Virus record (IMG/VR): IMGVR_UViG_3300047403_000186
Span: 1 to 49,089 of that record
Strand: one strand, 5' to 3'
Length of the DNA stretch: 49,089 nucleotides
Source of the DNA: a virus
Lineage: Duplodnaviria; Caudoviricetes
Below are positions 27,101 to 36,721 of this stretch, in pieces; within the stretch, counting starts at the first letter, position 1, and each line of letters starts with the position of its first letter. The position numbers and the translations under genes are program-made. The notes beneath the pieces were generated by a model. It saw nothing but the letters and a program-made list of their open reading frames with translations, was not told the DNA's origin and searched no databases.

Positions 27101-27838
27101 CCACGTGTGCAGATACACCGCGACGCCCTTGCCCATCCAGTTGCGCGGTACGTCGGTGACTACCGGATTGGAGAGCGTGGTGTTGACGTCGTACGAGACG
27201 CGGTGGTGACGCGCAAACCGCGATCCGCCAGATCCGCTCGAGTCGCAGCCAAACGGCGAGAATTTGCCGCGCGTCACGCCGGTAAACGCACCGACAGACG
27301 TGCCCGTGTAGCCGATCGCCTCGGTGCCGACATACGCCGTACCCGACGAGGGAAAGTCCGCCGTCCTGCGTACGGTCAGCGTCGTGTCGTTGCGGTCTGC
27401 CGTCAGGCTCAGCGTCGTCTTATCGCCAGCGTTCCGCTTGTGGACGTATAGGCCAAACGTGTCCGCGTGATCCGGCGAATCGTCCATCACGCGGATAACG
27501 CACCGCCCACCGCTGGCGAACGGATCGTCTGGGCTGATCGAGTGCGTATTGCTCAGCTCGACAAACACCCCGCCGAGCACGTCTGCCTCGGCGAAGTCCG
27601 TGCCGGCCCATGCAGCAGCCACCGAGGCGGCAGGGGCATCGCTGAGCAGGTGCTTGCACCCCTCGATCGCCACGACCACCTTGGCGACCATCGAGCCGCC
27701 GCGCATCTTGCCGAGCGTCGGGACGTTGTTGGCCGGATCGAGCCCGCCCGGCGTGATCTGCGGATCGTCCAGGATCGTGTCCTGCGTGCGCGTCGGCTGC
27801 TCCGACGTGCTCTCGACCAGCGAGATCGTCAGAGTCAT
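24173..27838 (-). CDS. Large tail tip / hub protein
   Basis: 1221 aa downstream of the tape measure; DFPSSG..VGTE.I.Y....FTGVTRG motif. Confidence 0.7.
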   Translation of the reverse strand: MTLTISLVESTSEQPTRTQDTILDDPQITPGGLDPANNVPTLGKMRGGSMVAKVVVAIEGCKHLLSDAPAASVAAAWAGTDFAEADVLGGVFVELSNTHSISPDDPFASGGRCVIRVMDDSPDHADTFGLYVHKRNAGDKTTLSLTADRNDTTLTVRRTADFPSSGTAYVGTEAIGYTGTSVGAFTGVTRGKFSPFGCDSSGSGGSRFARHHRVSYDVNTTLSNPVVTDVPRNWMGKGVAVYLHTWDEATQQLNTRARAQLIYVGRIVGIADDADTMSTVIDVEHIAEDFKRGVVGKDLLAADVAPGIRIVAGRKFQYSDTVFSSPAAGGNASDLNVVASGASGAYQMNEGFYTGDELAGILSRWLAQAKTDAAIAGYISVGYAVSAGNVGLRSKIWYRFESASTVNASFGMTMPGEVAAFFGFSDGESSPIGQSVNVSKQDKTNKSGIKQGDYVPFHTMVFKPLGPGRTGNEFATTSLSYELENVRGTFVSQYGFLPASIKASAPAGTDWGIFLLDDKVLMVASYQVVAGPPYEVSIRNAWIAPFQLAADNSTDALGYLGRRIDEPPAAVTLRQVLILEGQFKDIVNRIVYSTGATGYNHGTYDVFGAGVGIGIPGSLLGPEWERSLENLPCADSPIAVVIDEPTKFADLFRDDFMLRRAFVRWHDQGFEFGTWRTPLVALAEHELTESNKAAPADASENHRIASQETDQWHYPTVKIDYSRDFGGSRSATYLKSIQIEDQAGTDGSGNTGRTLNLKMRNTFAQYAQAGAAVEELIKEYMAGLPMFSRPSRMISRSIDMRYFETVAVGDICTITDLFARDPLTGVRGITSRAGIVTRISYDLGGPRPDGGVRPMYGEIELFFLDTQRGGVYAPAAEVHDLINYGGYAAGYNATTKQLWLKRTAYAFGAVINTIRGPITYTTERDARSFVVGDKITIVERDPANTASPTTWNDTIAAIDGDVLTLTTGLAGWSATKLYRVIPQAYGSVTARQQDYVYQADYLDEMIVDTEIADQYSSAVETVAFTPTASTEKAELVADLTWGDGKALDVGTDAALARSINAFIDYKSAHQAPFLWENVLGPVDETSTEWACFFFGPVYCGTEHLSSTVTRVLRVAPWFRSRTGSTGKIRVTICSVVPTQPPGGNRYLPGEQFRDAMFSDRFSQSTEWSTTSTTWQTGAAVDLNLNCKDLQWGYVWLIVQGTGYVQCRGLAQLTEGARRVGA

Positions 27839-28176
27839 GCAACCGTCCGAATCGACCAGGCGATCACGCGGTCGGCTCCAGCCGTGCGAAGGATCGACAC
27901 CTCCCAGCCCTCGCCGACGATCCCGACCTCGATCCGCTTTACCGGCGGCGACTGAGCGTTAGAGAACGTCGTGTCATAGACCGCGCGAGCCGTGCCTCCG
28001 TTGATCTTCTCGTACGCGCGCACGCGAAACGAATCACCGGCCGCCAGGTTGTTGAGGTCCAGCCAGACCTCGAGCGCAACATCCGTGGTCTGGTAGGTTG
28101 CCGTGGTCGAGTCCGACGCGATGAAGTATTCAGTCGTCGAGATCGTGGCGCTGTCGCCAACAAGCGTGATCGCCAT
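27835..28176 (-). CDS. Small beta-rich virion protein
   Basis: Position in the tail module; preceded by the late motif. Confidence 0.6.
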   Translation of the reverse strand: MAITLVGDSATISTTEYFIASDSTTATYQTTDVALEVWLDLNNLAAGDSFRVRAYEKINGGTARAVYDTTFSNAQSPPVKRIEVGIVGEGWEVSILRTAGADRVIAWSIRTVA

Positions 28177-28219
28177 TGACACACACGGTGGTTGAAGTGG
28201 CAATCATGCGAGCGTATTA
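28177..28219 (-). promoter_or_regulatory. Late-promoter motif copy
   Basis: TAATACGCTC-N19-CACCGT-N8-ATG. Confidence 0.6.
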
Positions 28220-28225
28220 GGTAGC

Positions 28226-30451
28226 TCAGCCGTCGCTGACCAGCTCTGGCCAGGTGATATTCCACAGGCCAGTATACGGAGGGCTGGTCATCGTCGGCTC
28301 AGTGCTGGTGATGCCCTTGACAAACCAGCCGTCAAGGTTCTGCGCGTTGCCCAGCGTGACGAGCGACCCTGCGCGGTCCCAGTACACCTGCACTCGAGCT
28401 CCAGGGCGAAACCAGGAATGCCCGAGCCCAAACTGCGTGTCAATCAGCCATTGTTCATACGACGACTTGGCGACGGTGACGGCTGACTCCCAGGTGGCAG
28501 CTCGCGGCACCGCTGGCCAGCGGACGTTGCGGTGGCGGTACTTGCGATTGCCAACGAGCGACAGCACGACACCCGTGGGCGACTCGGTGTCGCGCCGGTC
28601 GGTGACCGACGGCGCCTGGTCCGGATCGCCGTCGAGGTTGATCGGGCAGTCGGGCAGCCATACGCCACGCGCCGACGTGGTGCCGGTCTGCGACTTTAGG
28701 TAGGTGGCGAAGTTGGACAGAGCGGTGCTCAGGTTGGCGGATAGGCCGGTGGCTGCGGAGGGGCCGACGCCGATATAGAATGCTGAAAAGCTGATCGCGG
28801 TGTCGACTGCGGCAACTACACCGGCTCCGAGACAGAAGGAAGAACTACTTGCTAGCGTGCCTTGTGCGGAGATGTTGAGTTCCGTGGTGATGTAGCTGGT
28901 GCCAGTGCGCAGACCGATTACGCCAAGTCGTGCGCGGTTGGTTCCGCGCTCGACCACGCACATGCCCACGATCGGCTCGTTGGTTGGGCACTGCCCAGAT
29001 CCGGTCTCAACAGACACGGCGTCATTGATCACCCAGCAGATGCTCCCGTTCGCCCGTCTGAAAACGTAGTACCCTGGGGTGGCACCCTTGGAAAACCAGT
29101 TAGAGCTACCGGACGGCAGTCCGCCGAGATATCCGGCGAACGCAACGCACAGATCTTCCGTCGCGCTGACGTCATAGACATCGCCGCCATTTAGCGCATC
29201 GGCCGAGCTGTCGAACCCGACCGCTTTGTCCGCTCCTCCGCGAACCCCGACACCAGCGAACGTCGGCGACGAAGTGGCCGTCAGGTTGGCCGTTGCTCCG
29301 AAGGTGACCGCGCACGGAGACGCGGACTCATTGAGCAGATACCCAGCCGACCACGTCCCCCACCCCACCGCCGCCGACATCTGCGCAGCCGTCTGCGGGT
29401 AGTCAAAGTCGTACTCAAAGCCGAGCAGCGCCTGCAGGTTCGTCGACGAAAAATCGACGTAGCATGGCCAAAACGAATGGCTCAGCGTGACGCGCCCGGT
29501 GCTGGACGACAGCGAGACGGACCAAGAGGAGTTGATCGCAGCGGCGAAGTTGGTCAGCGCCGTCGAGAGGTTGGCAGAGAGTCCGGTGGCGACGCTGCTG
29601 CCGGTGGTGACGTACAGTGCAGCCATTTTGAAGTTTGGCGCAGTTGCGACGTTCTGCACGCCAACCAGGAAGCTGCCAGAGCTCGACGTGTCCGACGCTG
29701 CGATCGTTGCCTCGCTGGACAGGTACGACGTTCCGGAAAGGGTGCGAATGCCGATCCGCATTTTTCCGGTTCCGCGATCAATCGTAGCAATACCGACATG
29801 CCAGACATTGGCAAACAGAGCAGACGCCCCGGTGATCGACGCAGACGCCAGGTTTGCACCGTCCGAGGTCCGGTAGGCCTCAAAAACGATTCCACCAGAA
29901 CCACTCGTATAGATGACGAGTCTCCCCTCGCCGACGCCAGCTATGCCCTTGGACAAGAAGTTAGCCAGCACGTCAGTGCCAAAGTTGGCAACCCACGCCC
30001 ACGCCATATCTGACGTCGCGTTGACGTCGAACGTGTCACCTGCGCTAAACGCGTCAGCGTTGCTATCGAATCCGATCGCGTACTTTCCGTCAGCCGGCCC
30101 CGCATTGCGATACGTAGGGCTGGACACCGCCGTCAGCGACGGCGATCCAAACGCCGCCGCCAGCGAGCCAGATGCCTCCTGCATGAGCCAGCCGGCGCCG
30201 CTCGCCCAGTTGCCGTAGCCGATCGCGGCCTGCAGCGCCGAAGCGCTCTCGGGGTACTGCCGCACGTTGGCGTTGAGTTGCGCCGCGAGCTCAGTGGTCC
30301 AGCCGCTGATCGATCCGGCCGCCGTCGGATAATACTGGCCAGACGGCAGCGTGACCGTCACCGCGCTGGACAGTGCCCCCGTGGCGGCAGAGACCGTGGT
30401 GCCGCTCGGTACGGTGCAGAGTGCCTCGACGCGGCCTGCGTAGGTGGGCAT
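28226..30451 (-). CDS. Distal-tail-like protein with two homologous LamG/ConA-like inserts
   Basis: Directly after the tape measure; duplicated YP..A...GFDS.ADA...ATGLSANLSTAL.NFA segments. Confidence 0.6.
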   Translation of the reverse strand: MPTYAGRVEALCTVPSGTTVSAATGALSSAVTVTLPSGQYYPTAAGSISGWTTELAAQLNANVRQYPESASALQAAIGYGNWASGAGWLMQEASGSLAAAFGSPSLTAVSSPTYRNAGPADGKYAIGFDSNADAFSAGDTFDVNATSDMAWAWVANFGTDVLANFLSKGIAGVGEGRLVIYTSGSGGIVFEAYRTSDGANLASASITGASALFANVWHVGIATIDRGTGKMRIGIRTLSGTSYLSSEATIAASDTSSSGSFLVGVQNVATAPNFKMAALYVTTGSSVATGLSANLSTALTNFAAAINSSWSVSLSSSTGRVTLSHSFWPCYVDFSSTNLQALLGFEYDFDYPQTAAQMSAAVGWGTWSAGYLLNESASPCAVTFGATANLTATSSPTFAGVGVRGGADKAVGFDSSADALNGGDVYDVSATEDLCVAFAGYLGGLPSGSSNWFSKGATPGYYVFRRANGSICWVINDAVSVETGSGQCPTNEPIVGMCVVERGTNRARLGVIGLRTGTSYITTELNISAQGTLASSSSFCLGAGVVAAVDTAISFSAFYIGVGPSAATGLSANLSTALSNFATYLKSQTGTTSARGVWLPDCPINLDGDPDQAPSVTDRRDTESPTGVVLSLVGNRKYRHRNVRWPAVPRAATWESAVTVAKSSYEQWLIDTQFGLGHSWFRPGARVQVYWDRAGSLVTLGNAQNLDGWFVKGITSTEPTMTSPPYTGLWNITWPELVSDG

Positions 30452-30493
30452 CGGCGTGATCCTTGGTGATTCGTCCGTCGATAGAGAGTGTTA
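30452..30493 (-). promoter_or_regulatory. Late-promoter motif copy
   Basis: TAACACTCTC-N19-AAGGAT-N7-ATG. Confidence 0.65.
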
Positions 30494-32536
30494 CTACTCG
30501 TCACGCTCGCGCAGGGCGCGCTCCACCGCGGCGTCTGCCTTCTGCCGGCGAGCACGCGGAGACTCCTCGCTGAAGTGCTCGCCAACGATCACGTAGACGG
30601 GCCGAGACTCCCGCGGGCGCTCGTTGTTGCCCTGCGTCGAGGTCGTGCCGCGCTGGTCGCGCTGTCCTGCGGCGGCACCGCCACCGGACGACGCGCTGGC
30701 ACCGCCCGCGGAGGCGCCGCTGCCGGCTCCTCCCGATCCGCCGAGCGCTTTGGCGCCTGCTGCCATGGCGGCGGACGCAGCAGCAAACTTGAGCGCAGCG
30801 GCCACGTGCATACCCGCTCGCGGATCGCCGAGAGCTCCGAAGCCGATCGCATAGGCTGCGTGCTTGAGAGACTCGGTCGCCATCTGGATGGCGTTTGCCT
30901 TGAGGGCGTCGGCAATGAATTTCTTGATCGCCTGGCCGGCAGACATTGAGCCGGTGATCCATGCGTCCATCGCGGACCCGATCGCTCCGCTCAGCATGGA
31001 AAACGCATCGGCGTATAGGCTGAACTCCTCGGGCTTTCCGAACGTCTGCGACAGGAACGACTCCCGGTCGGCAACAGTCTGCGCCCGCTTCATCTCCTCA
31101 AGTTGCTTGCGATGCTCCTCGATGGCTGCCAGCTGCGCGTTGAGCGCCTCTCCGATCTGCGACGGATCGATCGCTGCTGCCATGTCGGACACGCCGGCCT
31201 TGACGCTGTCCGTCGTCTCTGCAATCCAGCCCTCGAGGTTGTAGAGCGCCACGTCCTTGGCGTCGACAACGCCCTGCGCCCACTCCTTGAGCTGTGAAAT
31301 CTGCCGCTCTGTGTCTTGCTTGATCTTCTCGTTGTCGGCGCCGCCAGATCGCGACGTCTTGGTGGCCGATTTCTTCGCCTTCTCCTGGGCGTCGCTGACG
31401 GTCTTGAGCATGCGCTGCATCGTCGAGGAAAACGCAGCCTCGTCGATCGGCTTGGACTCCTTGCCGCTGTCTTGCCAAAAGTCGAAGGATTGATATCCGA
31501 GCTGCGGAGCCTCGCCGGCAAACGGATTGAAGTTTGGATCTGCAAAGGGGCTAGGGGCGAAGACCTTTGCAGTACGACGACGGGCGATTGCTTTGTCGAG
31601 CTGGTCCATGAACTCTGGCACCTGGCGCCAGAAATCCATGTTTTGAGGTGTTGCTCCCCTGATAATCTGGTCAGCGTACTGCTCTGCCAGCTCTTGGTTG
31701 TTTGTTGGTTGCCCTGCGAACGCGGTGTCTAGTTTGCTCTTGTTCGGCGTTGTGAACGCACTGATGACCTTGCCGGGCAGATTGAGCAGCTGTGCGGTGA
31801 TGCCAACGGCGTCGGCGATGGCTTTGATCAGCGGCGCCATTGCTGCCACCAACTCGCCGATCGACTTTTTCACGCTTGCAAAGCTGTCGGACACGCTGAC
31901 GCCCATGGCGCTCATCTGCTCGCCAGTGGACATCGTCGCAACGCTGACGCCGGTTGCCTTGCTGGCCAGCGCGTCCATCAGGTTGTTGAACTTCTCGATG
32001 TCCGTCTTGCCCTCTTTTACGGCAAGCCCAAAATCGTCGAGCCCTTCTGCCTTGCCCTTGATCAGCGCCTGCGTGACCTTGTCGGTCACCTGCGCCTGGT
32101 CGTGGCCCGCGCGCGTCAGGGCAATCATTGCCATCTGCGCCGTTTCCATCTGCTCTTGGGTCAGCTTGAAGACGCCGTTTTGCGTCTTGGCTGCAAACGT
32201 CAGCAGCTCGTGCTCGGTGCGCAAGCCAAGAGACGCCTTCTTTAGCTCCTCGAGGTTGACCGCGCCCGCGGCTGAGCGCAGACGCAGATCTTCGCTGTAG
32301 TCCTGAAACGAATCAGCCGCGAAAGCCACCGTCCTGGCGACCAGCTCGAGCGCCTGATTTGCTTTTCCCAGGGACGAGATCCACCCGTCATACGAGGCGT
32401 TGCGACTCTCGAGCGACGCAATGTGCTGTTGCTGCAGCCGGCGCTCCTCGTCGGAGAGCTCGCGCAGCTTTGACTTCATGTCCGATGTGTCGGCCTTGAA
32501 GTACGTGATCACCTTCGACGCAAAATCAATCGCCAT
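30494..32536 (-). CDS. Tape measure protein
   Basis: 680-aa helical Ala-rich protein after the chaperone pair; LDDFGL motif. Confidence 0.85.
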   Translation of the reverse strand: MAIDFASKVITYFKADTSDMKSKLRELSDEERRLQQQHIASLESRNASYDGWISSLGKANQALELVARTVAFAADSFQDYSEDLRLRSAAGAVNLEELKKASLGLRTEHELLTFAAKTQNGVFKLTQEQMETAQMAMIALTRAGHDQAQVTDKVTQALIKGKAEGLDDFGLAVKEGKTDIEKFNNLMDALASKATGVSVATMSTGEQMSAMGVSVSDSFASVKKSIGELVAAMAPLIKAIADAVGITAQLLNLPGKVISAFTTPNKSKLDTAFAGQPTNNQELAEQYADQIIRGATPQNMDFWRQVPEFMDQLDKAIARRRTAKVFAPSPFADPNFNPFAGEAPQLGYQSFDFWQDSGKESKPIDEAAFSSTMQRMLKTVSDAQEKAKKSATKTSRSGGADNEKIKQDTERQISQLKEWAQGVVDAKDVALYNLEGWIAETTDSVKAGVSDMAAAIDPSQIGEALNAQLAAIEEHRKQLEEMKRAQTVADRESFLSQTFGKPEEFSLYADAFSMLSGAIGSAMDAWITGSMSAGQAIKKFIADALKANAIQMATESLKHAAYAIGFGALGDPRAGMHVAAALKFAAASAAMAAGAKALGGSGGAGSGASAGGASASSGGGAAAGQRDQRGTTSTQGNNERPRESRPVYVIVGEHFSEESPRARRQKADAAVERALRERDE

Positions 32537-32957
32537 GACGCATCCCCCCGCCCTTGTCTGCGGGCGTCATCAGCCAGCCCTCGACCTCGTTGTACGCAGC
32601 ATCGAGGACCAGGACGGAGTCCAGCAGCTCGTCGGTAGCTGCCGGGTGAAGCAACGCCAGGGCGCCGTTACGCCAATGAGCGCGTGCCACGGCTGCCTCC
32701 ATCACGTCTGGCAGGTTGCAGGTGTACCCAGCGCAGGCGGACAACGGAGGACCGCTGTAGCCGTGGCTTCCACCAGGAGGCTGCCAGATCGTCAGGTGTA
32801 CGCGATCGGTGCGCGGTTCGTAGCCGCATCCGAGCGCCTGGCGTTGTAGTTGCGTCGTGGTGGACATACAGCGGTCACAGTCGTCGATTGCCAGCACACC
32901 GCGCCGGCTATGCTCCCTCCACCACGGCAGGGCTCGCAGCCCCTCTAGAACAAAGGG
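32526..32957 (-). CDS. Tail assembly chaperone, -1 frameshift extension (GT-like)
   Basis: Open -1 frame entered at C CCT TTG (32957-32951). Confidence 0.65.
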   Translation of the reverse strand, partial: PFVLEGLRALPWWREHSRRGVLAIDDCDRCMSTTTQLQRQALGCGYEPRTDRVHLTIWQPPGGSHGYSGPPLSACAGYTCNLPDVMEAAVARAHWRNGALALLHPAATDELLDSVLVLDAAYNEVEGWLMTPADKGGGMRHGD

Positions 32958-33445
32958 CCGACACCCCGCAATCGCGCGAACACGTCCGAGCCAATCTCTC
33001 CCACGATGCGCGGATCGATCTCGTCGAGTTGCGTCACCAGCGATGCCGGTGCCATGGTCCAGCCGTCCCACGTCGGATCAGGCTCGCGGCCGAATCGGGG
33101 CCAGCCGACCACCTCCTTGATCGCCAGTCGGAAAAGCAGCGCGTGCAGCGCCACCTGACCAATGTGGCGCGGGCTGTCGACAGGCAAGATCGCGCGGTCC
33201 GTCAGCGAGCGCCACACGTTGCGATCGACCTGCTGGCATACAAACTTGGTAGGCATCTGTCCCTCGATCAGCAGGGATGACCAGCTGCCCGTTTCCTTTG
33301 CCGCTCGCAGCGTCGCCAGGTACTGCTCGAGCTCGGCGCGCTGCTCGTCGGTTGCGTCGACGCCGAGTCGCTGCGGCTGCCGGAATGCCGGATCGCCGCT
33401 GAAAAACAGATCGTAATCGCGTGCCTGGCTTGGCGGCCTGATCAT
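32945..33445 (-). CDS. Tail assembly chaperone (G-like)
   Basis: Between tail tube and tape measure; ends GPLF at a slippery site. Confidence 0.7.
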   Translation of the reverse strand: MIRPPSQARDYDLFFSGDPAFRQPQRLGVDATDEQRAELEQYLATLRAAKETGSWSSLLIEGQMPTKFVCQQVDRNVWRSLTDRAILPVDSPRHIGQVALHALLFRLAIKEVVGWPRFGREPDPTWDGWTMAPASLVTQLDEIDPRIVGEIGSDVFARLRGVGPLF

Positions 33446-34665
33446 CCGAGTCCCATCCTGAACGCAGAGAGCGTGAGATCGTTGGTAGTGGTGCCGGACG
33501 TGTATGCCATGCCTTCGCACGTCAGGCGGTTGAGGTTCTGATCGATTTTCTGCAGCGCGACGTTGCTGATACAGACCTTTGGCAAGTAGATCGCGATCCG
33601 CGAGCCGGCCGCCGTGCTCGACGTGTACAGCAGGTGCTTGTTGGCCGTGCCCGTGCCGTAGCCAGGCAGCACCGGCGTGGTGGTGTTCGCGTCGGCATCC
33701 TCCGTCCAGCTGACCTTGATCTTGTCGACGGTGCGCCGACACCCGACCACGTCCTGGTACTGGTTGACGCCACCCGGACCCTTGAGCGTCTCCATGCCCA
33801 TGGTGTAGTCGATCGTGAAGTTGCGGAACGTGCGCGTGGCGCGCGTCGCGGTGCCGACGTCGTTGACGAACAGCGATCCGGCAGCGACCGCGCCGGGATT
33901 GTGCGTCTCAGTGGCGACCGTGCTCGGAAACGTCGCGGTGCTGTAGCGCCACCAGGCAACGGCCCACGTCACCTCGATCGCGGGAAGCTCTCCTGGGTTG
34001 AGTCCAGAGATCGACACCGCGGTGGGGAAGCACCCATGCAGCTCGTAGCTCAGATTGGCAGTCTGAAGCAGGAAGCGAAGCGACTGCACCGTGGTGCTCG
34101 TCGGCAGCTCGTTGGGGTAGATCGTGGCTGCCGAAAAGCACACGTCACCGTTGTTAGGCGCCGCGCCGAGTGCCGTCAGCAGGTTGAGCGTCGTGGTCGC
34201 GTGCGTCGACACCACGAACGCCTGTCCGCCGCCGCGTCCGTCCGCCAGCGACCCGGCAAAGCCGATGCTGCCTGGCGAAAAGGTGCCAGACGCTGCCGTG
34301 GTCGGCGCCGTCGCCGTACCGGCCGCGAACGTCGTGCCCGACGACGCCGAAGCCGCCACGTTGCCGAACACATAGCCCAGCAGCGTCTCGAGGCCGGTCA
34401 GCGTGACCGTGCTGGACGTGGTCGATCCGTGGCCAGATAGATACAGCTTGGTCTTGAATGACCCACCCATGGTCGACAGGATCCACGCGCTGCCGTCGTT
34501 GCGATACTGCACCACGCGCTCGGAGTCGACCTTGCTGTGCACCAGGCCGGACGCGTCCACCGGCGCGGTGATCGGGAGTCGGTACGTCGTAAACGTCGTT
34601 GTGTCGACGCCGAATGACGCCTCTGTCTCGTACGTAATAGATCCGAGAGCGCCGGGATTCGCCAT
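33442..34665 (-). CDS. Major tail tube protein
   Basis: N-terminal E.SFG motif, Thr/Gly-rich, canonical position. Confidence 0.75.
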   Translation of the reverse strand: MANPGALGSITYETEASFGVDTTTFTTYRLPITAPVDASGLVHSKVDSERVVQYRNDGSAWILSTMGGSFKTKLYLSGHGSTTSSTVTLTGLETLLGYVFGNVAASASSGTTFAAGTATAPTTAASGTFSPGSIGFAGSLADGRGGGQAFVVSTHATTTLNLLTALGAAPNNGDVCFSAATIYPNELPTSTTVQSLRFLLQTANLSYELHGCFPTAVSISGLNPGELPAIEVTWAVAWWRYSTATFPSTVATETHNPGAVAAGSLFVNDVGTATRATRTFRNFTIDYTMGMETLKGPGGVNQYQDVVGCRRTVDKIKVSWTEDADANTTTPVLPGYGTGTANKHLLYTSSTAAGSRIAIYLPKVCISNVALQKIDQNLNRLTCEGMAYTSGTTTNDLTLSAFRMGLG

Positions 34666-34706
34666 ATCGCGACAATCGCGATAGGCACTCTCCGTCGAGA
34701 GCGTTA
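34666..34706 (-). promoter_or_regulatory. Late-promoter motif copy
   Basis: TAACGCTCTC-N19-GATTGT-N6-ATG. Confidence 0.7.
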
Positions 34707-34716
34707 CGTTATCTGA

Positions 34717-35202
34717 TTACACGATTGCGCGCTGGTATTCGTACTGTGCGCGTACCACCAAGAAATCAACTTTCTGTCCTGCGTCGCGTGTCTTGGTGGC
34801 TCCGAGCGGCGTGCAATCATGTGCTCCGCTGAAGTTTGCGCGGCCATACATGCCGATCGCAGCGTTGATCAGCTTCCAGTCGGCGTTGATTGCATCGTCG
34901 CGATCCATCGCGTTGCGCGGACCGGCGCGATGCCCCTGCGGGTACGCCACCACCAGCTCGAGCTGCAGGCGCACGCGCTCCTCGGTGATGCTCGACACCT
35001 CGGGTGGTGCGTCGTCGCCGACCTCGCGCACCTGAAAGCGGCGCCAAGCGGCGGCCGGATTTTGATCAGCCCACGACTGGAAATCGGCGCCGTACTCGTT
35101 GCGCGCTGACCGGAAGCGATCCGACGACAGCAGGGACGGCACGAGCGCCTCGATCAGCGCGATCACGCGGTCTCGGATCCCCTCCTGCGTCGCCAGGGCC
35201 AC
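34717..35202 (-). CDS. Tail terminator-like protein
   Basis: IRDRVIALIEAL N-terminal helix; precedes the tail tube. Confidence 0.55.
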   Translation of the reverse strand: MALATQEGIRDRVIALIEALVPSLLSSDRFRSARNEYGADFQSWADQNPAAAWRRFQVREVGDDAPPEVSSITEERVRLQLELVVAYPQGHRAGPRNAMDRDDAINADWKLINAAIGMYGRANFSGAHDCTPLGATKTRDAGQKVDFLVVRAQYEYQRAIV

Positions 35203-35204
35203 GG

Positions 35205-36146
35205 CTATCGCCTCGACAGCCCCTGCGCGACCACAGGCGTGGCGGCGCCGTCCTCGTCTCGTACGGGCACGCGCGCCACGATCCGTAGCAGGCTGTCTAG
35301 CCGCTCGCGGTATCGGGCGGCTGCGTCGCGCACGCGCTGGCTGTCGGTGACGCCTGCCAGGTATCGCGCCCACTCGCCCTGCTCGATCGCCTTGAGCCTC
35401 ACCAGCTCGTCCATCACCTCGGACTCGGCAATCGCGGACGACGACAGGTCGAGCTGGTGCAGGTCGATACGGATTTCGCGATACGCAGCGCTGATCAGCC
35501 GCCGCCCCTGGTCGGCGCGGTGGTCCGTCGGGAGAATATCGAGCCAGCCGGGCAGAAGCTCCTCGACGTCGAGCGCAGTAATGCCGTGGCGATCCACGTA
35601 GCGCGACAGGTTGAAGTAGCTGTCTGCAACGTACGTGACGCCGCCGACCACGTACACCCAGCGCACGCGATAGTGCGGGTTGGCGCCGGCCTCATCGCCG
35701 ATCAGGTTGTCCTCGTCGGCGACCCAGGCGGCATTCACCGCAGCCTGGATCCGGGTGGTCTGCACCGTGTCGCCGGTCGTGTACGAACCGTGCAGCGGGT
35801 GCCTAGCGGTGACGTACGCACCCGAGCTCAGGTCGGAAGCCTCAAACCACTCTTTCCGGCCGTCGGCCGCCGTCACCAGGTACGTGCGGCCAGTCGCCAT
35901 GCCGGTGGTGGCTGTGACATTCAGCCGGCGCGGATCGTCGCTGCCGTATCCGCTGTAGGCGTCAACGGTGGTGTTTGGGCTCGTCTCGATCGACGGAGCG
36001 GCAACCGCTGCCTCCGTGATCTGATCGTCGCCGACGTCCCAGGGCCACACCTCGACAGACGTGACCGACGACGGGCGACCCTCTGGGCAGTCGAAATACA
36101 GCGACTGACCAGTCACGTCGAACGCGATTTGCTGGATCGACCGCAT
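35205..36146 (-). CDS. Head-tail adaptor-like protein
   Basis: Position; helical C-terminal domain. Confidence 0.5.
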   Translation of the reverse strand: MRSIQQIAFDVTGQSLYFDCPEGRPSSVTSVEVWPWDVGDDQITEAAVAAPSIETSPNTTVDAYSGYGSDDPRRLNVTATTGMATGRTYLVTAADGRKEWFEASDLSSGAYVTARHPLHGSYTTGDTVQTTRIQAAVNAAWVADEDNLIGDEAGANPHYRVRWVYVVGGVTYVADSYFNLSRYVDRHGITALDVEELLPGWLDILPTDHRADQGRRLISAAYREIRIDLHQLDLSSSAIAESEVMDELVRLKAIEQGEWARYLAGVTDSQRVRDAAARYRERLDSLLRIVARVPVRDEDGAATPVVAQGLSRR

Positions 36147-36721
36147 CAGCGCCACGCCCCCAGCCAGGCGACCGACCGATCGCACGCAGCCTCAAAGCCA
36201 CGCACCCGAGCGCGCACCCGATCGCGCGGCTCGAGCTCGGCAAAGGGATACCTTGATCCGCCAAGATCAGTGTAGTTGCTCCGCTGCGAGCACGCCATGG
36301 TCAGCCCCGCCAGATCCATCGAGAGCGAAAAGCACACCCCACCGAGACCCTCCTGGCGCCCCTTGGCGAAGATCTGCATCACGCGCCGCTCCATCTTGCA
36401 GGTCAGGCACGCGCCGCAGTGCTGGCACTTGCTGATCGGCATCTGCCGCACCGGCGCAATGCGACGCGTGACACCGTCGCCGGGCTGGTCGACGTGGCGC
36501 GGCCGGGCAGCCTTGGCCCGGCGCGGCTTGCGAAGACGCTTGCGCGCCTCGAGCCGCTCAAGCCCGCGCGCGTTGGCCGTCTCGGCGTCGCGCAGCGTGC
36601 CGCCTGCCAGCTTGCTCGCCTCGACCTCGCGTGCCAGCGTGCGCTCCTTCACCCACCGCGCATGCTCGGGGTGGGACGGAGCCGACGCTGCCGCGGAGGG
36701 CGTGACGAGCTTGACGCTCAC
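36146..36721 (-). CDS. Hypothetical protein with Cys cluster
   Basis: CQHCGACLTC; coupled on both sides. Confidence 0.55.
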   Translation of the reverse strand: MSVKLVTPSAAASAPSHPEHARWVKERTLAREVEASKLAGGTLRDAETANARGLERLEARKRLRKPRRAKAARPRHVDQPGDGVTRRIAPVRQMPISKCQHCGACLTCKMERRVMQIFAKGRQEGLGGVCFSLSMDLAGLTMACSQRSNYTDLGGSRYPFAELEPRDRVRARVRGFEAACDRSVAWLGAWR

